Shown piece after piece: positions 23,971 through 37,618 of a stretch of 64,000 nt of DNA. This DNA comes from Coniocarpon cinnabarinum (Eukaryota): contig JAVECO010000045.1 in NCBI GenBank assembly GCA_051942205.1, positions 1 through 64,000 on the forward strand, read 5' to 3'. Position numbers and translations under genes: made by a program. The notes beneath the pieces are model-generated. The model was not told the origin of the DNA, ran no database searches, and was given only the letters and a program-made list of their open reading frames with translations. Each line of letters opens with the position of its first letter. The stretch's first letter is position 1.

Positions 23971-25809
23971 GATGAGGATTGAACGTGTGGATGATGATTT
24001 TGCTTGCTGTCGAAGATTGAGCTAATGTGAGATATGGGAAGGATGGAGTCAAGTGGACGGTCATTACTTATACGTGAGGATCTCTTCACTGACGTAGATG
24101 CACGTACTGGAAGCATTGTGGATGCAAGTGTGGCGGAAACTGGTCATTGAAGCATGAGCCATTGACAGAGCCCAGACGTCATATTTGGCCGGATCCATCT
24201 TGACGGGTGTGATCTGTCTTGTTGATATGACACGAAAAGTAGGCTGCAAGCACGCGAAGCAGGCAACACTTCTCGCAACAAGTCAAGCAACCTGACAACT
24301 TAACATGAGGCCAGAAAAGGTCGTGGCACTCAGACCTAGTATGACGAGGATGCGTAGCCGCAAGGGCCACGGCGTTTCAAATACCGCTTTGCCATCGAGA
24401 TCAGGCGTGACGATCGTTGTAGGCCGTATTCGCAAGGCTTTCGGATCACGCGCCGTGGAGGCTGCGGTCCTTCTAGACAGCTAAGTAGCCTTATCAGCTG
24501 CTCGTGAATACGCGAAAGTCTCGCCCCGTTATAGCTCTAAGAGTCGCGAGAAGTTGCGCAAGTCGATTTTCTACAAAGTCCCGTATGAGCACCATCAACG
24601 ACGAGCGGCAACGTTGTGCTAGCAATGTGGGGGACATGATAGCATCGGTTGTAATCTTCACACACGCCAGACGAATGCGCTTCTCACGCTTCGATATTCG
24701 TACTGCAAAGTCATGCGTGGATTTCGTTGCCGCTCGGTGTTCATAGGCTGTTCTGGAGGTCAAGCGATTTTCCGACTTAGGTATAGCAACAGCGTCAAGC
24801 GAGGAGTAAGCGGACCGCCGGAGCCGCAAACGGCACCTAAACCCATTCTGAGAGATACGTCAGGCGACTGTGCTGACCAGCCTCTTGATAGGGAAGACGT
24901 CGCGAGGATCTAATCAGGAAGCGCATACGCAGGGATGCCCAGCTCGAGTTCATTGGATGCTTGTAGCAATGCGTGTTGCAAACGGACATCGCTATGGCCC
25001 CAGGATGAGTGAGATACGCGACTGGCGAGAGTGTGAGGGCCGACATGGCAGACGCCACGGCCAGCACGTCAGCGTCTGGAAGCAGAGTATTTGCCACTAG
25101 GTGAATCCGCCCAGGTTTAGTCATCAAGGTGATTTTGCCGAGGTTTACACAGACCTCTGCAGAGTGCTCATTGGCGCTTTCTATACGGCGCATCCGCTTC
25201 GCCCCCCATCCTACCGACTCAAGTCGTTGCGAGCACGGCAGGATGTGACACCTGTTCTTACCCACATCGGGGGCAAGGAAGCGTCTCGTATGGAGGCGAT
25301 GCCAGGCTCTGAAGCTTATCTCAGGTTCGTAAAAGCCCTCCACGTTTCACAAGGTACTGAATCGTTGCTACGGGTCTAGGCTGTTCGTTGGTCAGGGCCG
25401 CTGCGATATCCGCGTCCTGTGTGATCCTTCCAATGCGTGAAACTGGCAGCTGCTATTAAGACGGGTGACACCTGTCCACACCAACAAGCAGCCGTCACAA
25501 TGTCTGGCGTGGGTGTTGCGAGTGAACTATGATTCTTGAAACGCCATATGCTATTGAGTGATTCTATACCCTGCTGCTTTCCACCTTCATTCGTGAGACT
25601 CGTCTCCAGAGCGTTCGGAGTAGGCGGTCATGCTGAACGCTTTGCATTCAAGTACGAAAAAGTAAGTTACATAAATCAAATCAAACCAAATCACATCAGC
25701 CATTCACGGGCATTATGGCAATATCATCCAGGCGAGCCTGCGCCTGATTGAGCCATGACAGTACTGCAAAGGAGCCTCCACGCTGACAGTGACCCTTGCT
25801 CACAACTTT

Positions 25810-26283
25810 TCAAAGCACGTGTCCTCGGTGTCGCCCCGTAGTTTTCATTCCCTGATCTGGATAACTGGCGGTCCTGTTAAGCTGCTTACCTCCCTGGGGG
25901 GGCAAGACGTCTCTGCTGACAGGCTTGATCGGATTGCCATCCTGGTCATCTTTGGATTTTCCCCCGAGATTGACGTACGGAACATTGCAGAGATTTTGAT
26001 ATGGGAAGTAGTTGCCAATCATTTGACGCGATTCAAATTCGTGTTTCGTTGGGCCCCCAAGCATGGTGCTATAAGGAATGGCCCACCATATGATCGTGAA
26101 GTTCTCGTCTCCGGTCTCCTCCTCCACCCAGCCTTTGCCTTTGAAAAACTTGGGGATGACGGATTTCTTGTAAAAGTCATCCCATTGATCAGAGTGTTCA
26201 GTGAACTTATTGCCCTTTAGCAATGGCAATGTCACCTTGCGTTGATGGGCTGAAATTTGTTTTCCTTGAGTGGTTGCGCCCAT
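25810..26283 (-). CDS. Orphan 157-aa intronless protein, weakly similar to 23497-23970
   Basis: CACC-ATG-G start context, TATTTATA about 100 nt upstream, protein-like composition. Confidence 0.6.
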   Translation of the reverse strand: MGATTQGKQISAHQRKVTLPLLKGNKFTEHSDQWDDFYKKSVIPKFFKGKGWVEEETGDENFTIIWWAIPYSTMLGGPTKHEFESRQMIGNYFPYQNLCNVPYVNLGGKSKDDQDGNPIKPVSRDVLPPQGGKQLNRTASYPDQGMKTTGRHRGHVL

Positions 26284-27099
26284 GGTGTGGAGAGGTCGTT
26301 TCTGTATTGTTCCTTGCCCTTGTTGAATAGTGATGGATGAACTTGGTTCTATCAGAGGTGTCTCAGGAAGAGATGTGTGGTATAAATATGTGTGTTGAAG
26401 CCATGTCAGAAAAATCGAGACACGCTAGCAAACTTGTCACCAATGGGTCACACAATCAACCTCGCCTCTGTCGACGTCATCTAATCGCGCACCACATATT
26501 TAAAATTTCTAAAGCATGAGGAGGCCAAAGCGCCGGGAAGGGGCATGGCTCGTGTACAATCGACCTTGGAGCATGCGGAACATCCAGAAGAGCTACGTAG
26601 CGTGAGGATTGACGACGTGACGTTGCAGGATGCAGCTTCTGCAGAGAGCGCGCAATAATATCAAGCAGGTCAGGTCAAGAACGACGCGAAAGAAGAAGGT
26701 ACGTGGCCTTTGCGTGAAAACCTGCGTGCAGGCGCGTCGTTTGGTTGCTTTGAACGAATGAAAAGGACTAGATCTCGTCAAGTGGATTCGAGAGGCGTGA
26801 GAGAGAAAAGGACACATCCCCGAAATGATCCTTCAAAACGCCTAGTGAGCGTTTCATCCTAGAGGATTGAGAACAGTGCGTTGATCCTTCGACAACCAAC
26901 AGCGTCGGGGGGATCCTCCCCACACAGTCAGGTGACACGAGTAGCTGTATGTGTGGCCTCTGGTATTGTTTGCAACCACCAAAAACACCTCACGCGCCTT
27001 ACCCTTGCGCTCATTTCCTTCAATCGAGCTGTGGTCAAAATCACTTTTCGTTAGATGTCGACAAAAGTCCGATCTCGTGGCACATCTCTCAGAACCCTC

Positions 27100-28509
<1,410 letters not shown>

Positions 28510-28843
28510 TCATCGGAGGCAGATCATCACTTCGTCACAACGCCCAGCTACATCATTGAGCGTCTGTTCATCCTTCCGAGGTGTCTAGCTGCTGATTCAA
28601 CATGCTTCCGGACAATGAGAGGGGAGACTTCTGTACCGTTCGCAAACTTGTTGTACTCCGACAAGAGCAAGGTTGATGATAGGAGGACCTGAATAGCCTT
28701 TGCGTGGTTGCTTGCTTACATTTTTTTTACATTTATAACGAGAACCAATTCAACGCCTGCAACATTTCTGTACCTTTCGTCCCACTCATAGACTTCAACC
28801 TCTCTCCCAGACGCTCCCTTTACGCACTGATAGATTGTCCACG

Positions 28844-30160
28844 ATGCATCATCTTACAACGGTCATTTGTGTCGCCATCCAACTCCGTTGTACATACGCA
28901 CAGCTTGCAAGCCGATGCTCCGGAAGCCTCGCAACACAATCTTCTGTAGCATGTGTCAATCGATATGCGGCGGTCATGCCGGAGCCCTTCGCTCGCGCGA
29001 GAAGTCCCGTTAATGGCCCTGTTGATCCAGCAGATATGTTTTCCCAGACCAATGTTTCCGATCCATCTTTCGATCTCGTCCGTAACGCAGACTTTGTTGT
29101 TTTCAATGAAGAGATAGGCTCTCAGGTACTCGGAGGAAGTCCTAGCTATGAGTTCGGGTTCAACACTCGTAATGACTCAATCCATGAAGCACCAGTCTAC
29201 GTTCCTGAGCTGGATGCCATCATCTTTTCTCTTCCTCATCAAGGCATTTACGAGCAGCAAATCATTCATTTGAACGATAGCTCACCAAGGATCGCCAATT
29301 ATACCACAAAGCCTCCGGTGTACGCAGTCAATGGAGGTAAATATTATGATGGGAGTGTGTACTGGGCTGCCGAGGCAGGGACAACGTTCCCGAATCCTGA
29401 TCAAACTGGAGACGTTACGCAAGCTCCAGGTATTTATAGATTAGATCCCGTCTCTGGCAAAGTGACAACGTTACTCAACAACTACTTTGGCACGCAATTT
29501 AATAGTCCGAACGATTTGTTTGTTGATCAAGCGGGGTGAGTTTCAAGTCTGACAGGCCAGCGTTCAGCAGCACTGATATATGTCGTCAGCGATATCTGGT
29601 TCACAGACTCATGGTATGGATACGCGATTAACGTAACCGCATCTCCTGTGCTTCCCACGGCAACATGGCGGTTTCGTCCATCAACGGGGCAAGTCACTGT
29701 TGTTGATAACTCGCTCAGTCAACCAAACGGTATCGGTATTTCTCCGGACGGCCAAATACTATACATCACAGACACTGGAGTCACTGACTTTTCTCATCCA
29801 CCGGCGCCGGAGATTATTCCGAGGTATTCAAACAATCCACTGGGAGGTAGATCCATCTACGCCTTCGACATTAATGCTGGTCCTTCGGGCTCTTACTTGA
29901 CCAACAAGCGGCCTATCTGGTTGGCTGAAGTGTTTGCTGATGATGGATTTCATGTGTCTAGTGAAGGCTATCTCCTGGGCGCAGCTGGTCCCAGCGTTGA
30001 CATTCTCAGTCCCCATGGTGATCTTTTAATGAAGATCCAAACCAATTATACTGTAAACAATGTTCAATTTGCTGGTCCTGATCACTCAGATCTATGGCTG
30101 TTCGGAGAAGGTGGCATCAGTCGTGTACGATGGAATATGACCGGCATGCCTAATGAATGA
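28844..30160 (+). CDS. SMP-30/gluconolactonase family beta-propeller lactonase, possibly secreted; intron 29536-29589
   Basis: HEAPVYVP, LLNNYFGTQFNSPNDL, DIWFTD, QPNGIGISPDGQILYITDTG. Confidence 0.9.
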
Positions 30161-30592
30161 ATGGGCCAATGAATGGAAGAGCACGAGCGATCCAACGAAG
30201 TTGGAAAATGATGTGCCTTCAGTAGATCTTTGAATTTGCGAACAGATACGAATCATAATGAAAGGCTGCATACTGGCACTGAGGCTTCAAGCCTTTTTGA
30301 ACTGCTTCTGCAGTGAAAGATCTCGTGTGGGTGATGGAAATACGTCGGCCGGGTTCTTGGGGGTAGCTGATACCTGATGCCTTAAGATTCAGGCTTCATA
30401 TCTTGCATCTGCATCTTTCGAGAACGTGGAGGTGAAACGTTTGTCATTCTTGTGAGGACGAGTGTCGCCACTCGAGGGGCTGGTTGTGTGCTTTTCGAAT
30501 GGCACATTACAATTGATCAGCCGTCATTCTGCAGCTGTCTGAGCATGACAACATCATCACACTAATAGCCATTCCCGGTCTCGCCTTTCGCG

Positions 30593-33496
30593 ATGGGTCG
30601 CACCGATTTCTTAAGTCAGCCCGCGCCTGAAAACTATGTCGCTGGTCTCGGACGTGGCGCGACAGGTTTCACAACTCGATCAGACTTGGGACCCGCTAGA
30701 GAAGGACCCAGCGAAGATCAGATCAAAGATGCGCTCGCCAAGCGTGCTGCTCAACTGGCCGGTGGAGACTCGAAAGAGAAAGACGACGAGAATGAAGATC
30801 GGTATCAAGATCCTGAAAATGAGACTGGTCTCTTCGCGAGCGGATCGTTTGATAGGGACGATGATGAGGCCGATCGAATATATCAAGACGTGGACGATCG
30901 CATGCAGAAGCGTCGCAAAGAACGAAGGTTAGTCCATTCCTAACGCAAAAGCTTCACCACTCTATTTTCCCTTCCCATTCATCGTCCCCACTCGTCATTG
31001 TACCAAACTCATCCGCATGTGCTTGAGCAGATTACCAACCAAAATTGCAGGGAAGCGCGAGAGCAAAAAGAGCGTGAAGAGTTTGAACGCGAGAATCCGA
31101 AGATTTCACAGCAGTTTGCCGATCTCAAACGTGCGCTTGGTACCGTCAACGATGAGGACTGGGCGAGCATACCCGATGTCGGCGATCTCACGGGCAAGAA
31201 CAAACGTGTGAAAAGAGACAATCAAGCGAATCGGCGGTTCTACGCTGTTCCCGATAGCGTCATTGCTGGTGCCAATGCGTCGGGTCAATATGACACCAGT
31301 ATCGAAACGAATGGGACGGAGAGCTCGACGAATGGTGACAACGCGGATGGCACTCAGACGAACTTTGCGGACATTGGACGAGCAAGAGATAAAGTGCTCC
31401 AAGTGCGATTGGATCAAGCCGCGAGTGGGACCGAGACGTCGACGGCGGGCACTTCGACGAGTGTTGATGCCAAAGGCTATTTGACTAGTCTCAACAATGC
31501 GGCTGGTGGCGATTTTCAAGTCGGTGATGTCAACAGAGTGCGATCACTGCTCGATTCAGTCACGAAAACAAATCCCAAGCATGCGCCAGGATGGGTTGCT
31601 GCGGCACGGCTGGAGGCGATCGCTGGGAAGCAAGTGGCAGCACGAAACAAGATCGCGCAAGGTTGTGCTAACTGTCCCAACTCTGAGGATTGCTGGCTTG
31701 AGAACATTTCGCTGAATGAGAAGGCAAACGCCAAGATCATCGCTGCAGAGGCACTGAAGCGCAATGATCACAGTACAAGACTCTGGATCCAGGCAATGGA
31801 ATTGGAGGAAGACATTCGGGCCAAGAAGCGCGTCATGCGTCAAGCATTGGATCATGTGCCGAAGTCTGTGGCTTTATGGAAAGAGGCTGTCAATCTTGAG
31901 GAGTCAGAAGCAGATGCGAAGCTCATGCTTTCGAAGGCGACTGAACTGATTCCCTTGTCAGTCGAGCTTTGGTTGGCACTGGCGCGACTTGAAACTCCAG
32001 AGAATGCGCAGAAGGTCCTGAACAAAGCACGTAGAGCTGTTCCCACGAGCTATGAGATCTGGGTCGCTGCCGTCCGGCTTCAAGAGCAGGCCGGTGATGA
32101 GATCATGGTGAAGAAGGTGATGAATCGTGGTATCAAAGCATTAGCGAAAGAATCAGCTATGCTTTCTCGTGAAGAGTGGCTGACAGAAGCCGAGAAATGT
32201 GAAGACGAGGGCGCGCAATTGACAGCGAACGCCATCATTCGTGAGACATTGGGATATGAGCTGGAAGAAGACGACGACCGCAAGCAGATCTTCCGTGATG
32301 ATGCACAAGGCTGCCTGACTCGGAATCATCCTGGGACAGCTCGAGCAATCTATTCTTATGCTTTGGATACGTTTCCCACATCTTCGAGCCTGTGGACCGC
32401 CGCAGCAGATCTTGAAAGAGATCACGGTTCACGCGAACAGCTCGTCGAGACGCTTGAAAGAGCCGTGCGGTCTTGTGACAGTAGCGTGAAACTGTGGATG
32501 CAACTGGTTCGCGAAAAATGGGCAGACGATGTTGACGCCGGTCGTAATGTCCTGGCGACAGCTTTCCAGAAAAACGCTGGATCAGAAGACATTTGGCTGT
32601 CTGCGATCAGCCTCGAAACAGAGCATGGCTTTTACGACCGTGCGAGTCATCTGCTTCAAGTCGCTCGAGACCAGGCTGGTACCGATCGTGTTTGGATCAA
32701 GTCGGTGGCGTTAGAGCGCACGCAAGGGAATCGGGAGTCAGCATTGAACCTTGTGCAAGATGGTCTCGCGCGGTATCCAAAGGCTGCAAAGTTACACATG
32801 ATGAAGGGTCAGATCTATCAGTTCGACTTCGACACCCCACGGGTTACTCAAGCCCGCGAGGCGTATTCTGCGGGTACGCGTGCTTGTCCGCAGTCGCCGC
32901 CACTGTGGCTGCTTTCGTCACGGCTTGAAGAATCTCAAGGATTGACAGTAAAAGCTCGAAGCGTTCTCGAGCGAGCACGCATTGCTTGTTCGAAAGATCC
33001 ATCGGTGTGGACGGAATCGATACGAGTCGAGCGAAGAGCAAACAACAATTCTGCTGCGGCGAATCTAATGTCACGAGCTTTGCAATCAGTCGAACCGCAG
33101 CGATCAGGATCCCTCTGGGCTGAGCGTATCTGGCACATGGCTCCTCGGAAGGAACGAAAACCTCTTGCTTTGGAAGCCGTCAAGAAGGTCGACAATGACG
33201 CTGTGCTGTTCATCACTGTGGCCAGGATCTTCTGGACGGAGAGGAGACTAGACAAGGCGAGCACATGGTTTGAGAAAGCGCTCGTGCTGGATAGTGATTG
33301 GGGCGACTCTTGGGGCTGGTATTTGAAGTTCCTGAGGGAACACGGTACCAAAGAGAAGATGGCGGAGGTGAGGGAGAAGGTGAGTAGTGTCGTTCCAAAA
33401 CATGGCGAATTTTGGACTGCCATCAGGAAGGATCCGAAGAATGCACGGTTGACGAGTCAAGACGTGGTGGAGAAGGTGGCGGATGTGGTGGAGTGA
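30593..33496 (+). CDS. PRP6: U4/U6.U5 tri-snRNP splicing factor Prp6 (S. pombe Prp1); intron about 30929-31050
   Basis: PAPENYVAGLGRGATGFTTRSDLGPARE, PKISQQFADLKRAL, HAT repeats. Confidence 0.96.
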
Positions 33497-33623
33497 GTCT
33501 GCTCATGTAATGTGTAGGATTCGAGAAATCTGCCAGAGAAACTCATGTGAGGATGTTTCTAATACGTCAGGGTATTCCCCAACGCCATGCTTAGAAATCA
33601 GCAGTCGTCGCGTCATGTCGTCC

Positions 33624-35012
33624 TCATGCAAAGTGTATGCCTTCTTGATTAAACGCATACAACAGTCGTAGAAAGTCACCCTCTTCACACATGCGCGCTC
33701 GCTGCTCTGCAAGCTTGGTCTCATCTTCTAGCACTCGCCTTACCTTTTCATACACCAACTCGGCGACTTTGCCTCGCTTCTTTCGTTTTGTCTTGCCTTG
33801 TTTTCTTCGCTTCTGCTCTTCTTTGATGAATTCTGGAACATCCTGTTGTGAATTCCGTTAGCCAACTGATCCTCGAGAAGTGCCAAATATGTCTTCTCAG
33901 CAACAAAGCAAGAATGCCATCACGCTTAAATGAGGTATCGGTGCGGTCTCATCGAGACACAACGCCCATATCAAGGAAGGTGGCGACATTGATGGGCCAT
34001 TGACTTCGAAGATCTGGGAATGTCGGAACAGAGGACAACAGGCTTGCATGTACTGTATCCGGGAAATCCTAGGCAAAGAACGGAATTTGCGAACAGACTC
34101 CCCACTTACCTCACCATCTTCCACATCCAAGTCCATGACTTCCTTCACGAACCCACCCTCTTCCTCATCCACCTCCATCTCCTCCACAGGCCCATCATCC
34201 AGCACAACACCCGTCTGCGCACAAAACGTTCGATAATTCCTCTCCAGCATCTCCATCACCGTCCCTAGGCCGATGAAACTTGCTCGGAGAGTCTTGTTTT
34301 TCCGCACGAAGCACACGCGCAGCAGACCATCCCACTCCTCATAGCTCAACGCCGGCCGCGGATGCTTCGGCGTCAACCGCACAACACTGCTCTCGACCTG
34401 CGGTGGCGGTCGAAAATTGCCCTTGCCCACTTTCATGACGTGCTCGACCTTCGCCCACATCTGCGCGTTGACGCTGAGGCGCGAGTAGAGCTTGTCACCG
34501 GGTCTAGCGACGAGACGGAGTGCGAATTCCCGTTGGAACATCAGCATGCATGTCCGTGGCGGGGTCGGTAGACTGAGGAGTTTGAAAACGAGCGGGCTTG
34601 ATATTTGGTAGGGTGTGTTACTGATGCAGACGTCGAAGCGGGGCAAGTCGACTTTGATCACGTCGCCGAGCATGACGTCTAATCTGTTTTGCATCGCTGT
34701 GCCTTGAACTCGCTTCGTCAGTTCAGCGGCCATACGCGCATCGTACTCCACAGCGATGCAGCGCTTGACGGTCTCAAGGATGCGGACGGTCAAGTTGCCT
34801 GTTCCCGGTCCGACTTCGAGGACCGTATCGGACTGCTTCAGGCTTGTCTTCTCGATGATGGCACTGGCGATGCCAGGGTTCTTGAGCACGTGCTGGCCGA
34901 GGTCCGTGTTCATCTTGAAGATGGCATTGGTAGCAGCGGATGAGGCGGGCTTAGCGGTGTATGGCTGTGACGTTGAGCCATGCTTCGACTTTTTCTTCGC
35001 GGACTTTGGCAT
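33624..35012 (-). CDS. DIM1: 18S rRNA m6,2A dimethyltransferase; exons 35012-34110 and 33842-33624
   Basis: [44 protein letters not shown]. Second exon ends [25 protein letters not shown]. Confidence 0.95.
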
Positions 35013-35622
35013 CTTGGATTGCTTGGATGAGCTTGGAAGATGTTGAGCAGTACTTGCTCGATTGAATAAATCCTGTGTAGGTGATCTTGATGCCTGATAT
35101 ATTAGGATATAAAATAAAGTGCAAGGATTATTGGGAGAAAAACTGAGATGAATTTAGTTCGAGCCGACTGGTGATATTCGTTCAGTCAAAGACGCTTCCA
35201 GTATGGCGAAGAATTGACAAAGTTGCGGCAGGTGCATGTGATGGAGATTTTTGAGTCGTCTTGGGTTCGGTGCTTGCCTGCATCTGGTGGGAGGAATTCA
35301 TCGTCGTGAAGCATTTCAAGTACTTTGCCTTGCTGTTTGATGGTTTCCGCTCATTCCCAGGTTATCCCGTCAGGCGCATCAACTGTTAGTGACATCGGAG
35401 GTAATTCCGATGATTCAGCTCACCGCCTTTGCCTGTCACCTACATGCTGTTGCGGTGTCTCGGAGCATTAGGTAAGCCTTGGGTATGCACCGGTGGTCTC
35501 TTCCTTCCTCTTCCTCTTCCGCTTTGTGCTCCTCCTCCTCCTCCTCCTCCTGATCATCTCCTCGTTCTTCCTCCTTTTGCTGTTTCTCTGTTGTTCCCTT
35601 CACATTGTTCGCAAGCGCAAAG

Positions 35623-36687
35623 ATGTCTGAATCAGCACATGAGCCGCGCAGACCCATGATGAGAGATTTGGGCGAGGATTGGCGTGCAATGCTCGTCAAC
35701 TTTGGTTGGAAGGAGGAGACGTTGCGTGCAGCCCTGTTCGAGGATACAAAGTATTCCATCGTCGGGGAGTCAGTTGATACTTGGCAGGTGAAAGGTCGTT
35801 TCCCGTCAGATGGTCATTACGAGTATGACAGAGATTTTCTCGGGCAGACGGATCTGGCTCGGTACATGGGACGTACAATCGAGTCTTTGAACAGACGCGT
35901 GATGGAGACTGGGAGCTGGGAGGTGATGTCAGCGGAACTTGTGTATGGGTCACTTTTTCCAGAAGACAGTGTGGATCGACGCTCGGAATTTGCAGTCGTG
36001 TTCATGGTTTTCAAGGAATGGGCAAGACCTACGTATGAATGTCCGTGGGTGAAAGACACACCCGGATATGAATACGAACGTATTCAGGGGTTATTGCCAG
36101 GCGAGGATCAAAAAGGTTGCGAGGAACGATGGCAGCGTGTCAACTCGATGGTAAAACGTGAGGGGATCAAGCCGTCCATGTTGCTCAGGAACCCCGAAAA
36201 TCGGGAGTTTTATGGTTCTTATCGGATCTCTCGGGCAGCTCTGCAATTTGGAAAGCACCCTAACTTTGTCAAACCTCGGAGAGTGGTTGAGAAGTCTGAT
36301 CAAAGAGAATCAGAGGGTAAGGTCAAAGCTAGTGTGGTTGGGAGGACGACCCAGACAAAGTCTGGCTCGTCGGAGAATGAGGGGGTTGCAGAGGCGACTA
36401 CAACAAAGTCTGGTTCGTCGGAAAACGAGAATGTTGTTTCGGGAGAGGTGACCATGACAAAGTCTGGTTTGTCGGAAAGAGAGGATGTTGTCTCGAGGGC
36501 GACCAACACAGGGTTCGCTTCGTCGGAAAATGAGAATGTAGTGTCGAAGGCGACCAAGACAAAGTCTGGTTCGTCGCAAACTGAGAGTGCTGTGTCAAAG
36601 GCGAGAAGATTGAATTTGGCTCGTCAAAAATTGCTGTCCCAGCGTCGAAAGCGAGCAGGACTGATGCTAGCTCGTCGGAAAAAGTAA
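35623..36687 (+). CDS. Orphan protein with a globular-looking N-terminus and S/T/K/E-rich C-terminal repeats; probable frameshift near 36603
   Basis: About 350-aa ORF with TKSGSSENE repeats of 16-18 aa. Confidence 0.6.
   Translation: MSESAHEPRRPMMRDLGEDWRAMLVNFGWKEETLRAALFEDTKYSIVGESVDTWQVKGRFPSDGHYEYDRDFLGQTDLARYMGRTIESLNRRVMETGSWEVMSAELVYGSLFPEDSVDRRSEFAVVFMVFKEWARPTYECPWVKDTPGYEYERIQGLLPGEDQKGCEERWQRVNSMVKREGIKPSMLLRNPENREFYGSYRISRAALQFGKHPNFVKPRRVVEKSDQRESEGKVKASVVGRTTQTKSGSSENEGVAEATTTKSGSSENENVVSGEVTMTKSGLSEREDVVSRATNTGFASSENENVVSKATKTKSGSSQTESAVSKARRLNLARQKLLSQRRKRAGLMLARRKK
36349..36685 (+). repeat. About 51-nt degenerate coding tandem repeat, 5-7 copies
   Basis: Recurrent acaaagtctgg(c/t)tcgtcgga core. 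Confidence 0.8.
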
Positions 36688-37618
36688 CCTTCACCACTGA
36701 TTTGGGCAGGGCTGGTTCTAGCACATCGAAGTAAAAGTGGATGTATCGGAGGGCAAAAAGTGAGGAGAGCATATCAGGTCTACACAAAAGTCGTAGCGCT
36801 TGATTGAAAGAATGACAAAAACTAGCACTATTCAGGAGGCTATTTGTACATGCCTCAATGAGATGGCTGTACGATCAGATCCCTCGAGTGGGAGACGCTC
36901 TGAAGAAGTGTCCAGAAACTGGTTTAAGGATCTGAGTTGTGAATGAAGTCTTGAGAATTGGAGGAAATGATGTACGATTCCTGCTGTATCGCCAGAGCTC
37001 AGCCTTGGCTGATTCACTGCGGCGTGTTACCATGCGACAGGACAAAAATCTGAGACGGCAGTATATGCAACACCGTAATGCAGTGCTTTGCATGGTGCGA
37101 ATGTGTTTCATCATTGTTTTCCAGTGCGCGAGACCTAATGTTTCTTAATGCTGAAGACTCTCTGCGTCTACTGGCCAGATATGGTCCCCTAATATTGGGC
37201 TGGCATATGTAGTGCGGCCCGTGGCACAATCAGGCTTGGGAGACCCATTAAGATGTCCAATGGATAGCGATGCACGCGATCCAGTCCCATAAGAAATCGG
37301 TGCCGCTAGCAAGGGAGCTAGCAATGGAACGGCATTCAACTCAAGGAGTGGATTGGCGTATCGTGTGCCGATTGCGCATGACTGAATGAATCTGTCAACG
37401 CCGGCGGCTGTGGTCACTAGTTTCAAACGATCTACTGAAGTGCTTTGCAGCCGGTCGAAGGTAAGGGACATCGTCTTGCCGCCGGCTGTAATCAGACAGT
37501 GTATGAATTTGAGTTGTTTTCAATCCGAAATAGCAACTGTGCTGTAATAAACCCCCTCCATGAAGCAATATTCGACCGCTCCAGGATGTCAAAGATTGTG
37601 ATTCAATTTCGTCTTCAA

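Noticed and set aside
24494..25379. Overlapping ORFs between the two 157-aa orphans
   Set aside because: No family motif, clear start or codon bias. They could be a decayed gene but I cannot support that.
36832..37500. Short ORFs between the repeat orphan and HGH1
   Set aside because: Interrupted by stops; nothing recognisable.
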